Below, piece by piece: positions 29,825 through 32,000 of a DNA stretch of 32,000 bases. The stretch comes from Candidatus Saccharimonadota bacterium (GTDB lineage Bacteria > Patescibacteriota > Gracilibacteria > BD1-5 > UBA2023). The stretch spans positions 1 to 32,000 of the forward strand of contig BAAFHK010000001.1 of assembly GCA_042852035.1 (NCBI GenBank), read 5' to 3'. The translations under genes and the position numbers were made by a program. Under the pieces are notes generated by a model that had not been told where the DNA came from, did no database searches, and was given only the letters and a program-made list of their open reading frames with translations. How positions within the stretch are numbered: position 1 is the first letter of the stretch; each line of letters starts with the position of its first letter.

Positions 29825-30385
29825 ATGCCTACCGTAGAACATCGAGCTCTCATAGGAGTCGAAACAGACCCAATCATCGTCCAAGAAGCAACTGATGGTG
29901 CAAATAAGACGATGATACGATTTGGACGACTCGTCGAGCTTATAGTGGGATTGTATCGTGAAGAGCGATTTGAGTATGTTGATGCGAAACCTCATTATGT
30001 ACTTACCTCTCAGGGTGATAGGCTTCTTAGGGGTGATTTGGTAGATGTATATTGACCGAATACTGTTGAATTCATGCATATCTTAGCAAGAAAGCAGCTC
30101 ATAAAAGAAGGAAAATTGAGAGGGCAGATTGGGTATGAAGGCGTCCATCTTCCTCCAAAGTTTTCCAAGCTCACCTATGATGAAATCGTAGAAACCCTTC
30201 TTTGGTATGCTGAGTACTCGAGTGATGAAGAACGAGAAGTTATTATGGAGTTTCTCCTCACTGATGGTCGATGTGGTGGATCATATAGGGAATTCAATGA
30301 GAAAAATAGAAGAGTCCAAACAATCCTGACCCAGGTTTCGAATTCGCAAGTTGGGCAAAAATTCCCTAAGGATGATTCCTTATAA
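29825..30385 (+). CDS. Orphan protein (186 aa)
   Basis: Joins track ORFs 29825-30055 and 30074-30385 (same frame) through TGA 30053-30055, ending at TAA 30383-30385. Confidence 0.6.
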
Positions 30386-30433
30386 AATCTAAAATTTCTC
30401 GTAGACGGAGAAATAAGAAAACGTGGTAACTCT

Positions 30434-30462
30434 AAAAATCCCTCCACATCGGAGGGATTTTT
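30434..30462. terminator. Bidirectional terminator shared by convergent genes
   Basis: Stem atccctcc / ggagggat (30438-30445 and 30451-30458), with an A-run upstream and a T-run downstream. Confidence 0.75.
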
Positions 30463-31315
30463 AATAAGTTGGATTTGGTTGCCAGACTCACTCGGGTTCA
30501 TTGGGATTTGATTTATTTCAAAAAGCCTTTTTCTTATAGACAGGTATATCTCAGAGATGAGCAAGTATTTTTCCACGAACGACTCATTCATTTTCAGTTG
30601 GGATGACATTCGCATAACGCTTCATGAGTTCTGGAGGGAGTGTTATCCTCGACATCACCGATACTTGCACCCCGATCATTGTTGGTTGAATTTGCATGCC
30701 TACCACATCCATACCATGTTCTACTGGCAGCTCAGGAAATGGTTCTATAGGATCAATATGTCATTCAAATATAAGCTGACACTGAGTTTCTCCATTTTCT
30801 CCTGGGACAAACTTCGGTACCGATATAAGTTTTCTCTCCTCTGTTTCTATATCGTTTTGTGCGAGGAGTGAGAGGAGTGATTTCCAGTGTTGGAACTTCG
30901 TCATAAGTTCAGCTGCAATAATCCTATCCTGATCATGAGGAGAAAGGGTATTTGCAAGAGTAGTGTTTACAAGTTTTCGAGTGGTAAATCTTTGAAAAAG
31001 AGAGGGTTCTTTAATGACGACATGGTAGAGGAAACCTCACACCATTGAGAGTGACCTTTTTCGAATAGAGTCTTTTAGGCTTCGTGCTTCGAGGCTTTCA
31101 CTTGGGTCATCTTTAAGGATTGCCCACTCTTCAGGGGCTACTTTTTCTATCCATTTGACTGAGAGTTCTTTTGGTGACTGCCATACAGCACTATTGGTGA
31201 GACTAAATAGAACATCATATGTTCGAGAATATCATTTCCGAATACGGCCCCAAAGCCTATGAGCAGCCTCAGCATAGATTTCATGTTTTTTTTCTAATTC
31301 CGTTGGTGCATTCAT
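30461..31315 (-). CDS. Orphan protein (284 aa)
   Basis: Runs from ATG 31315 to TAA 30461-30463. It has in-frame TGAs only, with no TAA or TAG (checked triplet by triplet). It is absent from the standard-code track. Track ORF 30175-30615 is in a different frame and runs through the terminator. Confidence 0.6.
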
Positions 31316-31478
31316 GAGACTTTTAAATAATTAGTGATAGATTCTTCAAGAAGATGTGAGGTCTAGAGTATCTCCTTCATATGGACTCAATTCTAAGAAT
31401 GTTTCGAATTCATAATTTTTATATATTAATAATTATATCATCATGTCAAATTTATTTTCATGAATATTGCTATGAGAT

Positions 31479-32000
31479 TTATTCTTCTCATTTTGGGATA
31501 TATCATCCTCAGAGATTTTTTGCATCGAGTCTTGGAACTACTATGGTTCGGAAAATAAATTCGAGTCGACGTTCTGGAGTATTGTATTTCTCAACTTGTA
31601 GAAGTGGGAATCATCGTAGAATTGCAGCGTCAATCCACTCGAGGAATTCAGCATAACTTGATAGGAGTATCCGAGATTTTTCTCTATTTGTTCCGTATCG
31701 GGCAATCTGAATCTGCGCCTCCTTCACTTCCCCTTCACTGTGAGCAAGTTCGGTTACTGCAAGGATTGCGAGAAAGAGTAGAGGAGGGGTATAGTTTTCA
31801 TCTCGAACAAATGAAGTGGCACTTACGTGGAGCTCAAGAAGTGGGTCAATAATTTCATAGTCATAGCCATGCTCTGAGTCAGGGCTTGACATAGGGATAG
31901 CTTCTGGAAAAAATCCTCTTTCATTCGAGAGAAGGTCCTGCTCAACATTATCAAAGTCAGCGGGATCTTCATCTTCCGTCTCTAGGATATACTGATGTTT
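31479..32000 (-). CDS. Orphan protein, 5' end beyond the window (or starting at ATG 31892)
   Basis: The frame of track ORF 31611-31892 stays open upstream to nt 32000. Downstream it continues through TGAs to TAA 31479-31481. Confidence 0.5.

Noticed and set aside
30175-30615. 146-aa minus-strand track ORF.
   Set aside because: It runs antisense through the 29825-30385 gene and straight through the 30434-30462 terminator hairpin. The real minus-strand gene is in another frame and ends at 30461.
28475-31478. The AT-rich or orphan region, considered as a mobile element or prophage fragment.
   Set aside because: No integrase, transposase or recombinase-like translation, no flanking direct or inverted repeats, and no tRNA target were found in the window. 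Only the compositional anomaly is reported.
1-32000. TGA = tryptophan (code 4, Mycoplasma-like) as the explanation.
   Set aside because: The TGA positions correspond to invariant Gly, not Trp, in DnaK, Frr, Bcp, the cyclase and UvrB. They align with GGN codons in intragenic paralogs. TGG is also used normally for Trp, for example in GPWTW.

Overview
This window only makes sense under genetic code 25, where TGA encodes glycine. That code is used by Gracilibacteria/Absconditabacteria-type candidate-phyla bacteria. TGA sits at invariant glycine positions of DnaK, Frr, UvrB, Bcp, a class III cyclase and a CaCA antiporter. It also aligns with GGN codons between paralogous repeats inside one gene. 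The supplied standard-code ORF track therefore fragments or misses most genes, and several of its long ORFs are antisense artefacts. Re-reading all six frames with TGA as sense gives about 27 tightly packed CDSs and no rRNA, tRNA, CRISPR or recognisable mobile element. Housekeeping anchors are mfd and frr (minus strand), uvrB (minus), a CaCA Ca2+/cation antiporter (plus), bcp (minus) and a solitary dnaK (plus). dnaK has a CIRCE-like operator and a sigma70-like promoter upstream. Accessory content includes a partial repeat-rich adhesin-like gene at the left edge. A FecR-domain secreted protein and a small paralog of its N-terminus lie divergent from a CHASE2/class III nucleotidyl cyclase. A surface-protein cluster of about 10 kb (8561-18807) contains a PT-linker protein with a C-terminal sorting-signal-like tail, a 1134-aa orphan, a lipoprotein and an 1805-aa cysteine-rich DUF11-type giant protein. 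A minus-strand block of small orphan proteins (22468-26310) contains a duplicated roughly 100-aa paralog. Downstream of dnaK is a very AT-rich two-TM membrane-protein gene and three further orphans. Called starts lack Shine-Dalgarno motifs. Functions of the orphan genes cannot be assigned from sequence alone, and the lineage assignment is an inference from the code.
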